Of a DNA stretch of 64,000 nt, positions 63,692 to 64,000 are shown piece by piece (positions within the stretch are counted from its first letter, which is position 1; every line of letters starts with the position of its first letter). A model generated the notes under the pieces. That model was not told where the DNA came from, did not search any database, and saw nothing but the letters and a program-made list of their open reading frames with translations. This stretch comes from Poseidonia sp. (GTDB lineage: Archaea > Thermoplasmatota > Poseidoniia > Poseidoniales > Poseidoniaceae). The position numbers and the translations under genes are program-made. The DNA is taken from assembly GCF_029250625.1 (NCBI RefSeq), contig NZ_JAQXEX010000036.1; one strand, written 5' to 3'.

Positions 63692-64000
63692 GAGGCGTCC
63701 TCCATCGTTGATTTCAGGCTATAGAGTGCTTCGAGTGCTTGCCTTGGAGACAATTCATCAATGTTGGTCGTATTCAACATGTTCAGGATGGTTTCAATGT
63801 ATTTTGGAAGTGGCTGATCCTCAGCAGGCTCTTTGGTCGACATGGCTGCTGCGGCGAAATAACCCATCAAACTTGCTTGGCCGTGGTCCCTTGATTGTGG
63901 CGTCCCTTGTTCACCAGCCTTTGCACCCTGGGCTTGTTGTTCCAAGAACGCAAGCAGGTCTGTTGCCCGTTCAACTACATTCCTTGGTAGCCCTGCAAGC
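63688..64000 (-). CDS. mutS: 3' end of DNA mismatch repair protein MutS (truncated by the window edge)
   Basis: Frame reads LAGLPRNVVERATDLLAFLE and ends NIDELSPRQALEALYSLK; overlaps the mutL start. Confidence 0.9.
   Translation of the reverse strand, partial: LAGLPRNVVERATDLLAFLEQQAQGAKAGEQGTPQSRDHGQASLMGYFAAAAMSTKEPAEDQPLPKYIETILNMLNTTNIDELSPRQALEALYSLKSTMEDAS

Overview
This is a 64-kb, gene-dense archaeal chromosomal segment with about 52 CDS. Archaeal core genes (aIF-2 gamma, rpS6e, Cdc6/Orc1, Dph2, Hel308-Cgi121, RPA, geranylgeranyl reductase, a pilin with a class III signal) sit alongside bacterial-type genes (GyrBA, MutSL, class II HMG-CoA reductase, class II CCA enzyme, TldDE) and secreted or PKD-domain peptidases. 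This mix best fits a Marine Group II euryarchaeote (Ca. Poseidoniales); that assignment is an inference. I saw no rRNA, tRNA, CRISPR array, transposase or provirus. Most interesting observations: (1) a lone gene resembling a phage tail-initiator/DNA_circ_N protein heads a minimal Tad/type IV pilus module (TadC-TadB-shortened ATPase), directly after the RPA genes and facing a triple-SAP protein; (2) a symmetric, helically phased TTAACGC/GCGTTAA repeat array lies upstream of a degenerate AAA+ / acidic linker / winged-helix protein, between scpAB and cdc6; (3) several apparent pseudo-enzymes or domain grafts: HemC without the cofactor Cys, GcvH without the lipoyl Lys, a membrane-anchored Smr domain, a RanBP2-like zinc finger in the GyrA CTD, an FxxA motif in a Hel308 insertion, a PIP box in MutS and a Tmk-wHTH fusion; (4) a 53-aa membrane ORF missing from the ORF track. 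All calls come from manual motif recognition; no database searches were run.
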